Shown here in pieces: positions 17,383-28,855 of a stretch of 64,000 nt of DNA (positions are counted from its first letter, which is position 1; each line of letters starts with the position of its first letter). Under the pieces are notes generated by a model. The model saw only the letters and a program-made list of their open reading frames with translations, was not told where the DNA came from and did not search any database. The stretch is taken from the sequence record OR670491.1; one strand, 5' to 3'. Made by a program: the position numbers and the translations under genes.

Positions 17383-20046
17383 ATGGCAGGAGATCTACTC
17401 TCACCTGGCGTTTCCGTAACAGTAACTGATGAAAGTATGAGTACTGCGTCTGCTCCTGGTACAGTCCCACTATTCATTATCGCAACTGCGGAAGACAAAC
17501 TAGTACCTGGTAGCAGTGCAATCGCTGCTGGTACAACGAAAGCAAATGCTGGTAAACTACAGCTTTTAACATCACAAAAAAGTTCTTTGGACACCTATGG
17601 TACTCCAATTTTCCAAATGAGCAATGGTTCAGTTGTTCAAGGTGACGAACTTAACGAATATGGCCTACATGCAGTGTATTCCTATCTTGGAATTACTAAC
17701 CGTGCATACGTAGTGCGTGCTGACATTGACTTAGCTCAACTAGCACCATCTGCAACTGCACCAACTGGCCCAGTATCTAATGGCACTCTATGGCTTGATG
17801 TTGCTCAATCACAAGTTGAAGCATATGTAGCACGTAAAGACAGCCCAAGCAGTTTCTATGATTGGGAACTAAAAACCGTAACTATCGTATCTTCTGAAGA
17901 AGTTGCTGACGTTAGTACTATCGGTATGAATGTAAATGATCTAGTACTACGCTATAAGCCAAGTAACGGTCAGATGCTAATGTACAAATTTACTGCTTCT
18001 GGTTTGGTACAGATGGAAACTTATCTATCACCAATCAATAAAGTTCCAGTAGGCAGTACTATTGAACAAGGCAATATCTGGATTCGTGATGGCTATACTC
18101 AAAATGGTTCTAACTATTTTGGTACTCGCTTTGTAATTAAACGTTACGCTTCCCTAACTCAAGTTTGGAATACCGTTGCAGCTTATACTGGTAACTCTTT
18201 CCAAGAAATCGAAGCTAAAAGCGGTGCTCTAAGTAGTGCATTTATCGCAGTTCGTTTTGACGATGATAGTAAGAGTTTCTCTTTCTACATTCAAAGTGCT
18301 AAACTTTCTGTAATTAGTGCACCAGCAATGCCACTAGGCGAAACTGTTATTGAACAGGCTGGTGAAGACAGCTATTTAACTTTCCAATTCCTAAATCAAA
18401 CTGTTAAAGTACTAGCAGTACCGCAAGGTAATGTTATTAATACTCAAACAATCGTTGATAACGTGAATAAAAGTGCTGATCTAATTAACAATGGCTTTAA
18501 ATTTAAACGTGAATCTAATGGTGGTTTCGTAGTTACTAACGTTAAAGGTTATAGTTTCAAAATTACCCAAAGTGGTGATGATATTTTTGATGCAACTGAA
18601 ATCAAAAAACTAACTGTTGACAGTAACAACTACTCTCTAATCAACGTTAACAACTTCCGTGTTGATTCTTCTGTGCCACGCAGTACTGCTAAAGAAGGTA
18701 CTCTATGGTATGATTTTGGTAACTCTGACAACCTAACCGTTACTATGTACATCGCTGATGTAGCTAATGACGAATGGGACGTAGTTCAAGAAGACAACAA
18801 ATACGTTCAACTAGACGAACCTGCTGCTGACCGTTTGATTTGGGTATCTCCTAAATCTCAAGGTATCGATGGTTATGACTTCTATCGTAACGTAAATGGT
18901 GAGTGGGTTAAACTAGACCAAACTGACCAAAGTACTCTAAACGGTATGATCTTTGAAGATTTCAACTTCCCTGAACAAGTACCTGCTGCTGCTCTATATC
19001 AGAATGGTATGCTCGCAATCGACCTAGGCAATACCGAAGGTGTTGTTAAGAAAATGGTTAATGGTCAATGGCAAGTAGTTAGTGGTGTTGGTATTGATGG
19101 TAATGGTCTATTTGGTCGTGCTGCACAACGTCAACTAATCGTTGAAGCACTAGCTGCTGTTGTAGTTGGTAACGATGATATCCGTTCCGAATTTATCGAC
19201 TTTAACCTAATCTGTGTTCCTGGTTATGTTGAACTACTAGATGAGTGTGTTACTCTAAACACTGACCGTAAAGAAACTGCTTTCATCGTAACTGATGTTC
19301 CAGCACGTTTGAACCCAACTGGTAACGGTAGTGAAGTTCAAGAATGGGCTACTAACGCAAACAATGCACCAAGCAACGGTTCTGTAGGTCGTACTACTGC
19401 TTATGATTATGCTGCTCAGTATATGGGCTGGGGTCTAAGTACTAACGTTGATGGTGAAGAAGTTGCAGTTCCTGGTAGTACTATTGCAATGCGTACCTAT
19501 GCGTACAGTGATAGTGTTAGCTACGTTTGGTATCCACCTGCTGGTACTACTCGTGGTGTGGTAACTAACGCTTCATCTATTGGCTTTATTAACGACGAAG
19601 GTGAATATCAACCAGTTGTTTATAACCAAGGCCAACGTGATGTAATGTATACCAACAACATCAACCCAATTGCAATGCGTCCTAACCGTGGTTTGCTAGT
19701 TTATGGAGATAAAACTCTATCTGCTAACCAAACTTCAGCACTAAGCCGTGTTAACGTTGCTCGTTTAGTTGTTTATATTCGTCGTCAACTAGAAATCATT
19801 TCCGAGCCATTCCTATTCCGTTTGAATACCCCAAGTACTCGTCAGGAATTCGCTGGTGTAGTGAATAGTTTCCTAGCAGAAATCGTTCAACAACAAGGTC
19901 TATATAACTTCGCAGTAGTTTGTGACGAAAGTAACAACACTTCCGAGCGTATTGACCGTAACGAACTCTGGATGGATATCGCAATTCAACCAACTAAGAG
20001 TATCAACTTCATTTACGTACCAATTCGTATTGAAAAAACTCAATAA
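17383..20046 (+). CDS. tail sheath protein (gp18-like)
   Basis: LSPGVSVTVTDES start; WYPPAGTTRG, INPI, GDKT, SRVNVARL, RIDRNELWMDIAIQPTKSINFIYVPI. Confidence 0.95.
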   Translation: MAGDLLSPGVSVTVTDESMSTASAPGTVPLFIIATAEDKLVPGSSAIAAGTTKANAGKLQLLTSQKSSLDTYGTPIFQMSNGSVVQGDELNEYGLHAVYSYLGITNRAYVVRADIDLAQLAPSATAPTGPVSNGTLWLDVAQSQVEAYVARKDSPSSFYDWELKTVTIVSSEEVADVSTIGMNVNDLVLRYKPSNGQMLMYKFTASGLVQMETYLSPINKVPVGSTIEQGNIWIRDGYTQNGSNYFGTRFVIKRYASLTQVWNTVAAYTGNSFQEIEAKSGALSSAFIAVRFDDDSKSFSFYIQSAKLSVISAPAMPLGETVIEQAGEDSYLTFQFLNQTVKVLAVPQGNVINTQTIVDNVNKSADLINNGFKFKRESNGGFVVTNVKGYSFKITQSGDDIFDATEIKKLTVDSNNYSLINVNNFRVDSSVPRSTAKEGTLWYDFGNSDNLTVTMYIADVANDEWDVVQEDNKYVQLDEPAADRLIWVSPKSQGIDGYDFYRNVNGEWVKLDQTDQSTLNGMIFEDFNFPEQVPAAALYQNGMLAIDLGNTEGVVKKMVNGQWQVVSGVGIDGNGLFGRAAQRQLIVEALAAVVVGNDDIRSEFIDFNLICVPGYVELLDECVTLNTDRKETAFIVTDVPARLNPTGNGSEVQEWATNANNAPSNGSVGRTTAYDYAAQYMGWGLSTNVDGEEVAVPGSTIAMRTYAYSDSVSYVWYPPAGTTRGVVTNASSIGFINDEGEYQPVVYNQGQRDVMYTNNINPIAMRPNRGLLVYGDKTLSANQTSALSRVNVARLVVYIRRQLEIISEPFLFRLNTPSTRQEFAGVVNSFLAEIVQQQGLYNFAVVCDESNNTSERIDRNELWMDIAIQPTKSINFIYVPIRIEKTQ

Positions 20047-20055
20047 TAAAACATT

Positions 20056-20082
20056 AAGGGAGCCGTTTGGCTCCCTTTTTTT
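20056..20082 (+). terminator. Rho-independent terminator
   Basis: AAGGGAGCC-gttt-GGCTCCCTT then T-run. Confidence 0.85.
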
Positions 20083-20128
20083 ATTGTAAAAATTAAATAC
20101 AATACAATATTATTATATGGGTAATTAT

Positions 20129-20375
20129 ATGGAAGAAATATTAAAGTCGATATTACAAGAACTTAGCTCCCATGTATCAACTCAAGATGAATCTCTTGAT
20201 TTACTTTATGCAGTACTGGATATAATCAAAGACTGTCGGTATTATTAAAAGTTTCATTGTGTATAAAAATGGGAAATGGTCGAATGGCATCAGGTACTTA
20301 GATAGTACTGGAGAAACAAAATATCTTTATTGCATTAATATTAATTGGTTTCCAGTTGAAGGTTTCAGTCATTAA
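20129..20375 (+). CDS. hypothetical protein split by a +1 frameshift near 20237 (not in ORF track)
   Basis: 36-codon 5' part plus 45-codon +1-frame part fill the sheath-tube gap; TAAATA at 20094. Confidence 0.5.
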
Positions 20376-20432
20376 TATTAAGTTGTTTAGATAAATAATA
20401 TAAAGATGTCATTCCATGAAAGGAGAATTTCA

Positions 20433-21119
20433 ATGGCTACAATGCTTGATCGATATGGTGTTCCGCTCGCTGGCGGTGGTCGTATCTCTATGAAACAACC
20501 AAAAGCAAAATACAAATTCCGTGTTATTTTCTTTGGTTTCGGTGCTAATGATGACGGTAATATGATTACACTTGATACTAACACTGTTGGTGCGGTATCA
20601 GTATCACATGAAAACGTAACTGTTCATAGCTATAACAGTTCTGCACACTACAAAGGCAAATATACTTGGGATAGTATCGAAGTTGCATTCCGTGATTCAG
20701 TAGGTAACGCTTCTTCAAAAGCTCTTTACAACCAAATGCGTAAAGAATTTAACTACTACAGTCAAGAATCTCGTATGACTGATTCACAATTCAAATTTGA
20801 AATGTGGATTCAGGAACTTGATGGTTCTAACAGTGAAAATGCTACTAACCTATACGAAGGTACACTAAGTACTTGGGTATGTCAGGGTTGCTTTATTGAA
20901 TCCAGTAACTTTGGCGACTGGGATTATTCATCCAGTGAAGCTCAAGTTATCACCATGACTGTTCAACCTGATGGTTGTGCTAAATTGGGTCCAAATGGCG
21001 AAGCGTTCGGTGATGAAGTTAGTGCGTTCGGTAATCCGTCCACCTCTACCTCTATCAGCGGTGCACAAACCAACATTAGTAGTACTACTCTTCCAGATAG
21101 TAACTTCTACGAAAACTAA
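20433..21119 (+). CDS. tail tube protein (gp19-like), copy 1
   Basis: QPKAKYKFRV, GKYTWDSIEVAFRD, W...GCFIESSNFGDWDYSSSE; AGGAG SD. Confidence 0.85.
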   Translation: MATMLDRYGVPLAGGGRISMKQPKAKYKFRVIFFGFGANDDGNMITLDTNTVGAVSVSHENVTVHSYNSSAHYKGKYTWDSIEVAFRDSVGNASSKALYNQMRKEFNYYSQESRMTDSQFKFEMWIQELDGSNSENATNLYEGTLSTWVCQGCFIESSNFGDWDYSSSEAQVITMTVQPDGCAKLGPNGEAFGDEVSAFGNPSTSTSISGAQTNISSTTLPDSNFYEN

Positions 21120-21132
21120 TTTAATAAAGTTT

Positions 21133-21161
21133 AAGCCTCGAACTTGTTCGGGGCTTTTTTT
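21133..21161 (+). terminator. Rho-independent terminator
   Basis: AAGCCTCGAAC/GTTCGGGGCTT then T-run. Confidence 0.8.
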
Positions 21162-21206
21162 ATGCTAAATAAAGTATATACCTTAAAAATATAATAAGAG
21201 GTTGCT

Positions 21207-21983
21207 ATGGCAAATAACATGATTAGTAAATATGGCGTTCCTTTACCATCTGGTCGTAACCGTTCCATGTTACAACCTAAAGCAAAGTACAAATTCAGAG
21301 TGATAGTTTATAACTTCGGTACTGAAATTGATGAACGTGACCATATTGCATTAGACGTAGATAAAGTTGATCGTCCTACAGTATCATTCAATACTCATAA
21401 ACTTTTTCAATTTACTACGAACACATCATATATTGGTAGTTACGATTGGGAACCAATTACACTAACAATCCGTGATTCTGTCGGTAACGCTTCTGCAAAA
21501 GCACTATCCAGACAATTACAAAAACAAATTGACTTTCAGCGTAGAATTACATCCAGAACAGACCAAGACTATGGCTCTTATAAGTTCGGCATTGTTATTC
21601 AAATGTTGAATGGGCGAAACTCAGATGATACAATAGATAACTTGGCAAGAAATACTGCTACATCAGCAGCTACATCGTTAACAAATAATGGTGGTCTTGT
21701 CAATGCTGTTGACCAATTTATTGGGGGTTCAACATACAATAGTGCAGGTGTTATGGAATACTTTGTACTAACTGGATGTGTCATTCAAAATATATCTTAT
21801 GATTCGTTGGATTATAGTTCTAGTAATTCTGTGGAAATGACTATTTCAATTAAGCCTGATAACTGTATCCAGTTTGACAACATTGAAGAAATGTACAGTA
21901 CTCGTATTAACTCACTATTACCTGAAAACGTCAATCAAGGATTAGATATAATTGACCGTGTTTTCGGTAGTATCGGATTTTAA
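21207..21983 (+). CDS. tail tube-like protein, paralog 2
   Basis: Same QPKAKYKFRV, W.PI.LTIRDSVGNASAKAL, GC.I..I.YD.LDYSSS motifs. Confidence 0.8.
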   Translation: MANNMISKYGVPLPSGRNRSMLQPKAKYKFRVIVYNFGTEIDERDHIALDVDKVDRPTVSFNTHKLFQFTTNTSYIGSYDWEPITLTIRDSVGNASAKALSRQLQKQIDFQRRITSRTDQDYGSYKFGIVIQMLNGRNSDDTIDNLARNTATSAATSLTNNGGLVNAVDQFIGGSTYNSAGVMEYFVLTGCVIQNISYDSLDYSSSNSVEMTISIKPDNCIQFDNIEEMYSTRINSLLPENVNQGLDIIDRVFGSIGF

Positions 21984-21995
21984 GGGGAGTGAAAT

Positions 21996-24115
<2,120 letters not shown>

Positions 24116-24145
24116 CTTAAACTACTATATTATGGAGTTATTATA

Positions 24146-24679
24146 ATGAACAAATTACAACAAATCCTCACGGATAACAAACCTGTCTATGAATATCGTG
24201 TAAAATTTGCTTTTGAGCCAAGCAACGAACAACTAAGTAAAGTAACACAACGCCTTATGGATCGTTATGATGCTTTCGAAGTTGGTGGCCTTAAGAAAAC
24301 TATCTTCATGGAAAAACCACTTGATTTTTATGATTTAGATTGTGGTGAAATTTGGATGTTTGATTTTAAATGTAACCGTGGTGTTCAATCAAACGTACTA
24401 ATGTATGAAATTGGTAATCTACTAAGCGTAACCGAAGCACTAATTCGTATTCGCAGTAAAGATGAACCACGTCAAATTGAAATGACTGATCTGGAAGATG
24501 ATATCGATTTTGATGATTATGAACCAGTTATTGGTGTACCATTTGGTGCTCCAGAAGACAGTACTGATATCGCTGGTCAGGAACGTGCTGAAACCGCAGT
24601 CAAAGATGCAATTGATGCAGTAAAAAAGGACAATAAATACTCTCAATATATGAGTGCTGGTTTTGGTAAAAAGGATTAA
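24146..24679 (+). CDS. hypothetical (probable virion) protein
   Basis: GGAG SD, TAAATA upstream. Confidence 0.75.
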   Translation: MNKLQQILTDNKPVYEYRVKFAFEPSNEQLSKVTQRLMDRYDAFEVGGLKKTIFMEKPLDFYDLDCGEIWMFDFKCNRGVQSNVLMYEIGNLLSVTEALIRIRSKDEPRQIEMTDLEDDIDFDDYEPVIGVPFGAPEDSTDIAGQERAETAVKDAIDAVKKDNKYSQYMSAGFGKKD

Positions 24680-24682
24680 GAT

Positions 24683-25228
24683 ATGAGTATACTCAATGAA
24701 ATGTTTGAATATGACGATCAAGAATTGAATGAAGCTCGTCCTTATAGCCGTTCTCAAGGTGCAATCGATAATGCAAAAGGGAAAGTTAAAGGATTCTTCG
24801 GTAGTGGTCAGGTTGAGCAAGGTGCACAAGAAGTTGGTGCTGAAGCAAACCGTCTATGGGCTGAGTTTAAACGTTATATAGGTCGTAAGTACGGTAAAGC
24901 ACAACCTTCAGTGCCATTTGCTGATGTTGCACAATTTTTTAAAGGTAACAACTTAGATGTTAAGCATCTTGGTAACAATCCACGTCGTTCCTTTACACCT
25001 AAAGATGTAGGTGCAGCATTACTTGCGGCAGCACGTGAAAGTATGGATCTTTATCGTGATCAGGAAGAAGCTCCTGCTGAACAACCTAAGCCGCAAGGTA
25101 AACCACAAGAAGAACCTCAACAACAACCAGAACCTAAAGCTGCTCCACAGCCTGGTGCTAGTGTTCCTGATGTTCTACAAAAACTAAGTCCAGAGCAACG
25201 CGATCAACTATTACGTATGCTTTCGTAA
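24683..25228 (+). CDS. probable internal head protein
   Basis: ILNE/LNEA motifs; P/Q/E-rich linker. Confidence 0.6.
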   Translation: MSILNEMFEYDDQELNEARPYSRSQGAIDNAKGKVKGFFGSGQVEQGAQEVGAEANRLWAEFKRYIGRKYGKAQPSVPFADVAQFFKGNNLDVKHLGNNPRRSFTPKDVGAALLAAARESMDLYRDQEEAPAEQPKPQGKPQEEPQQQPEPKAAPQPGASVPDVLQKLSPEQRDQLLRMLS

Positions 25229-25241
25229 GGAGAATTAACAC

Positions 25242-26753
25242 ATGGATAATTTTTTCAGTACTGATAGTACAGTAGTACCTAATTTATATGTGTACACGTC
25301 ACATACTGGTGCAAAATATGTGTTTGTTGAAGGTTTATGGTTCAATGACAGTAATATGTTAATGGTTGATCCTCAAAAATATCCATCTCTATATGCTTGT
25401 GCTCGACAACAGATTGTTGAGCACAATCTTTCAACTAACAATACTTATAAAATTGGTCAGACATATATCCAAGAAGGTATAGAATGCACGTTCTTGGGTG
25501 AAAACCGTTTCAATTCAGCAAAAGGTCTTATCCTAACTGAGAGTGAGATTATTACAGAACTGATGGCTGATGATCATCGTGTATATAACGTCACAAAAGA
25601 AACACTTCAAAAAGAATGGAATGCTTTAAAATTCTACATTCTCCCTCCATATGCTGATGATATTTCAATTCCTGCTGGGATGGAAGTTAATGGTTTTAAA
25701 TTTATTCCTAAGAATCATCGTTTTGTTGATAGTCGTACTGGACGCCCAGTTGATCCTGCAATGACACGTAAACTAAGTGAAGAAGGTCTTAGAATTGCAC
25801 GTCAGTTAGCAACTAAAAACAAACTAGTTCCTATCAAATCTACCTTAGTTCAAGGTAATACCCGTTCAGAATGGAATGGTAAAGAATTTTGTGATAATGA
25901 TGGTAATGTTGTGATTCCTGCTCAAAATGCACATTCTATTATTAGTGCTTACCAACAATTTGTTAAAGCGAACCCTGCTGACTTCCCAAGCCTAACTGGT
26001 GATGATGGTCAGGGTGAACAACGTTTTGGAAGTGGTGAGAAGCCTGAACAACCAAATAATAAAGAAAAACTGCCAGTATTTGCTACTAAAGAATCTATCA
26101 ATGAAGCAGATGAAGAAGAAGTATCAGTAACTGTACCACATGGTTATCGAATTACTTCTAAATCTGGTAAAACTTACATTAAACAAAATGATAAATGGTT
26201 TGATGTAGATACTAAAAAACAACTTAATACTAGTGCCGCTAAAAGTGTTGAACGTGCTGCACAGAATAGTATTATTCAGCACAATGAATCAGGTGCAATG
26301 AAGATTGGAACAACAATTAATTCCAAGAAAGGTAAACAATATAGTTATATTGGTGGTAACCGCTTCATTTCCGACGATGGTAAGATTATACCAAAGTCTG
26401 CTGCTGAACAAATCCTTGCTCGTTATGATGAAGAACGTGCTGCTAAAGAGGACAAGCCTGAAGAAGTTAAACAGGATGAAGTTAAATCCGAAGTTGAAGC
26501 TCCGAAGCCTCCAAAGGAAGAACAGAAACCTAAAGCAGAAGAACCAACAGAGGAACCAGTTAAATCTGATGATGAAGTTTCTCCTGAAGTTCAATCTATT
26601 GCTTCTAAAATTAAAGAATCCCCTCACGCACAAAGGATTAAAGTACTGTTAACTCGTGGTGATGAGGTATCTCTGTTAGCAGCAGATATCCTACTATCGG
26701 GTAAGAAGGATGAAACAGTTCAAATTTTAAAATCATTAAATAAGAATGATTGA
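25242..26753 (+). CDS. probable internal head protein with internal repeat
   Basis: Two domains with Y...G.W(F)...KIG.T...Y.F.G.NRF pattern; K/E/P-rich linker. Confidence 0.6.
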   Translation: MDNFFSTDSTVVPNLYVYTSHTGAKYVFVEGLWFNDSNMLMVDPQKYPSLYACARQQIVEHNLSTNNTYKIGQTYIQEGIECTFLGENRFNSAKGLILTESEIITELMADDHRVYNVTKETLQKEWNALKFYILPPYADDISIPAGMEVNGFKFIPKNHRFVDSRTGRPVDPAMTRKLSEEGLRIARQLATKNKLVPIKSTLVQGNTRSEWNGKEFCDNDGNVVIPAQNAHSIISAYQQFVKANPADFPSLTGDDGQGEQRFGSGEKPEQPNNKEKLPVFATKESINEADEEEVSVTVPHGYRITSKSGKTYIKQNDKWFDVDTKKQLNTSAAKSVERAAQNSIIQHNESGAMKIGTTINSKKGKQYSYIGGNRFISDDGKIIPKSAAEQILARYDEERAAKEDKPEEVKQDEVKSEVEAPKPPKEEQKPKAEEPTEEPVKSDDEVSPEVQSIASKIKESPHAQRIKVLLTRGDEVSLLAADILLSGKKDETVQILKSLNKND

Positions 26754-26775
26754 TAACTAAAAGGATTTATTCAAA

Positions 26776-27783
26776 ATGGCTAAAAAAATTAACGAAGCAC
26801 AAGTTAAAATCGATATCGCAGGTCTAGAATCTGAAGATTTAGAAACCCTATCACGTATGCTTGCACTAGCTGGTCAAGCTGAACGCCAAGCACCTACTGT
26901 TGCTCCAGTTCCTTCTATGGGGTCTATGACCCCATCTCTCTCCCCAATTGAACCACTAGATATGGATTCTTTAGGTGGTAGCGAAGAAGAAGTTGGTGTA
27001 GAAGTAGGGGCTGATGTTGCTGAACCAGTACAAGATCCACTAGATTCAGCAGTTGATAGTTTATCTGCTGATGTAGGTGATTTTGGTGCTGATGATGAAA
27101 TTGAAATGGATGCAGAAATTAGTGCTGATCCAGTAGGCGATGATTTCAGTGCAGAAGAAGAAGTTGAAGATATGGGTCTAGGTCTTGGTGGTCAACCGAC
27201 ACTAGAATCTGTTGAAGAAGAAGAGGAAGAAGAAGTAATAGAAGAAGAATTCGATTTCAGCCGTATGCTTTCCCTAGCTGGTATTGATGACGAAGACGAT
27301 TCCTATTCAGTTGAAGACAACCCAGATACTGAAGTTAAAATGTCAGAGAATCAATTCCTACCAGACCTATCTATTTCTGAAGAAGATGAGTCCAGTGATA
27401 CTACTTCATTTGGTCCTTATCCTTCTGAAGCTGACGCTGTTCGTGATGCACAACGCAAGACTAATGGTGTTGAAGGTGATAACTTTGTCGTTACTGCTAA
27501 AGGTAATCAGTTCTACTGGAGTCGTGTTGTTCAAGAAGATCTTGACAATGTTCCAGATCCAGAGTACTATGACAATGAAGGAAACGAGAACCGTGTTCAC
27601 AAGTTTGAACCAAAATTCCCTGGTACTGCGTTAGGTGATAACCCACTAAACGTAAATGAGAGTGAAGAAGATGAAGACTCTCTAGAAAGTAATCCAGAAC
27701 TAGAAGATGATTCTGATGAAGAAGTAGAAGATATCTTTGAAAGTCTCCAAGCTAAGTACGAGAAATTTCTTGGAGGGAAATAA
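26776..27783 (+). CDS. highly acidic scaffold-like or internal head protein
   Basis: D/E-rich, repeated SRMLxLAG, INEA/TLES/VNES motifs. Confidence 0.6.
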   Translation: MAKKINEAQVKIDIAGLESEDLETLSRMLALAGQAERQAPTVAPVPSMGSMTPSLSPIEPLDMDSLGGSEEEVGVEVGADVAEPVQDPLDSAVDSLSADVGDFGADDEIEMDAEISADPVGDDFSAEEEVEDMGLGLGGQPTLESVEEEEEEEVIEEEFDFSRMLSLAGIDDEDDSYSVEDNPDTEVKMSENQFLPDLSISEEDESSDTTSFGPYPSEADAVRDAQRKTNGVEGDNFVVTAKGNQFYWSRVVQEDLDNVPDPEYYDNEGNENRVHKFEPKFPGTALGDNPLNVNESEEDEDSLESNPELEDDSDEEVEDIFESLQAKYEKFLGGK

Positions 27784-27786
27784 AAA

Positions 27787-28161
27787 ATGGGATATAATTA
27801 CCGTGAACTCGTTGAAGCGTTAGATGAAATTACTTCACAGGAAGACGAAAGTTTTTCTGTGGAAACACCTTCAGATGATGTTGTAATCGATTTACTGAAA
27901 GATATCACCAAATGCCTTATCCACTGTGTGGATAAGGTTAAATCAGGTGAAGATGTTGACGAAATCGCTGAAAAATTACAAAAAGCTCGTGACATACTAG
28001 ATGATATGAAGTATAATGATGAAAGTACTGAAGCAGTTGAAGAAGACTGCTGTTACGGTACTGAAGACATGGCTCCTACAATTGGGAAAGATGGCGTCCA
28101 AGACTACAGTGTTAAAGATGCTCCTTCTTATGCAGCGAGACATGGTTTCGTAGGAATGTAA
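27787..28161 (+). CDS. hypothetical acidic protein
   Basis: 124-aa ORF. Confidence 0.7.
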   Translation: MGYNYRELVEALDEITSQEDESFSVETPSDDVVIDLLKDITKCLIHCVDKVKSGEDVDEIAEKLQKARDILDDMKYNDESTEAVEEDCCYGTEDMAPTIGKDGVQDYSVKDAPSYAARHGFVGM

Positions 28162-28164
28162 GTT

Positions 28165-28542
28165 ATGATGCCTACTCCATCGAACAGTACTGAATATCAG
28201 AATAATGTTCTCCACAAGATAAAGGAGATACATGAGTCAGACGCAGCTATAACAGACCGTATGCTTCTGATGTCAATTTTTGAAAATTTCAGAACTGGCG
28301 GTGGATTGAGATTGAGTAAGTACGGATTTAAATTGTGTGAAGAAAATAAACTTTACGAATTTACAAAAATCCCCTTGCGAAAAGATTTCAAAAGCTCTAT
28401 AATGTTTACATCGCTTGACAGGATATGTGCTGAACCTTACTATGTTGACGGTCAGTACATATACCTCGCAGACATAATGATTGTTACTGAGTTGACATTA
28501 TGCTGCGATGACTTTAAAATGTTATTCTCGAATCATCAGTGA
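28165..28542 (+). CDS. hypothetical protein
   Basis: 125-aa ORF. Confidence 0.7.
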   Translation: MMPTPSNSTEYQNNVLHKIKEIHESDAAITDRMLLMSIFENFRTGGGLRLSKYGFKLCEENKLYEFTKIPLRKDFKSSIMFTSLDRICAEPYYVDGQYIYLADIMIVTELTLCCDDFKMLFSNHQ

Positions 28543-28566
28543 TTCGAAAATAAAGAAAAAAAGTTC

Positions 28567-28594
28567 TTGACAAGTTAAAATGATGTGATATAAT
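28567..28594 (+). promoter_or_regulatory. strong sigma70-type promoter P1
   Basis: A-tract, TTGACA-16 nt-TATAAT, TG extension. Confidence 0.85.
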
Positions 28595-28658
28595 GAGCAT
28601 CACGAAGTAAGTTTTCAAAATCACATGATGTGAGATTGAAAAAAAAGAAAAAAAGTTG

Positions 28659-28686
28659 TTGACAAGGTTGAACGATGTGATATAAT
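28659..28686 (+). promoter_or_regulatory. strong sigma70-type promoter P2
   Basis: A-tract, TTGACA-16 nt-TATAAT, TG extension. Confidence 0.85.
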
Positions 28687-28789
28687 GTTCAACATCAAGA
28701 CGACGAAGTGATTGACCTTTTTAAACACACGGATGATTCATGAAGTAACAAAGGAACTGATAAGTTAAAAATACTTTTAACACAGTTCC

Positions 28790-28817
28790 TTTACTTTTGC
28801 CATCGGATTGGTATAAT
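28790..28817 (+). promoter_or_regulatory. sigma70-type promoter P3
   Basis: TTTACT-16 nt-TATAAT; -35 overlaps the hairpin at 28750-28792. Confidence 0.6.
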
Positions 28818-28855
28818 AGAAATCTCAAATTTATCCAACTAAAAGGAAACTATAC

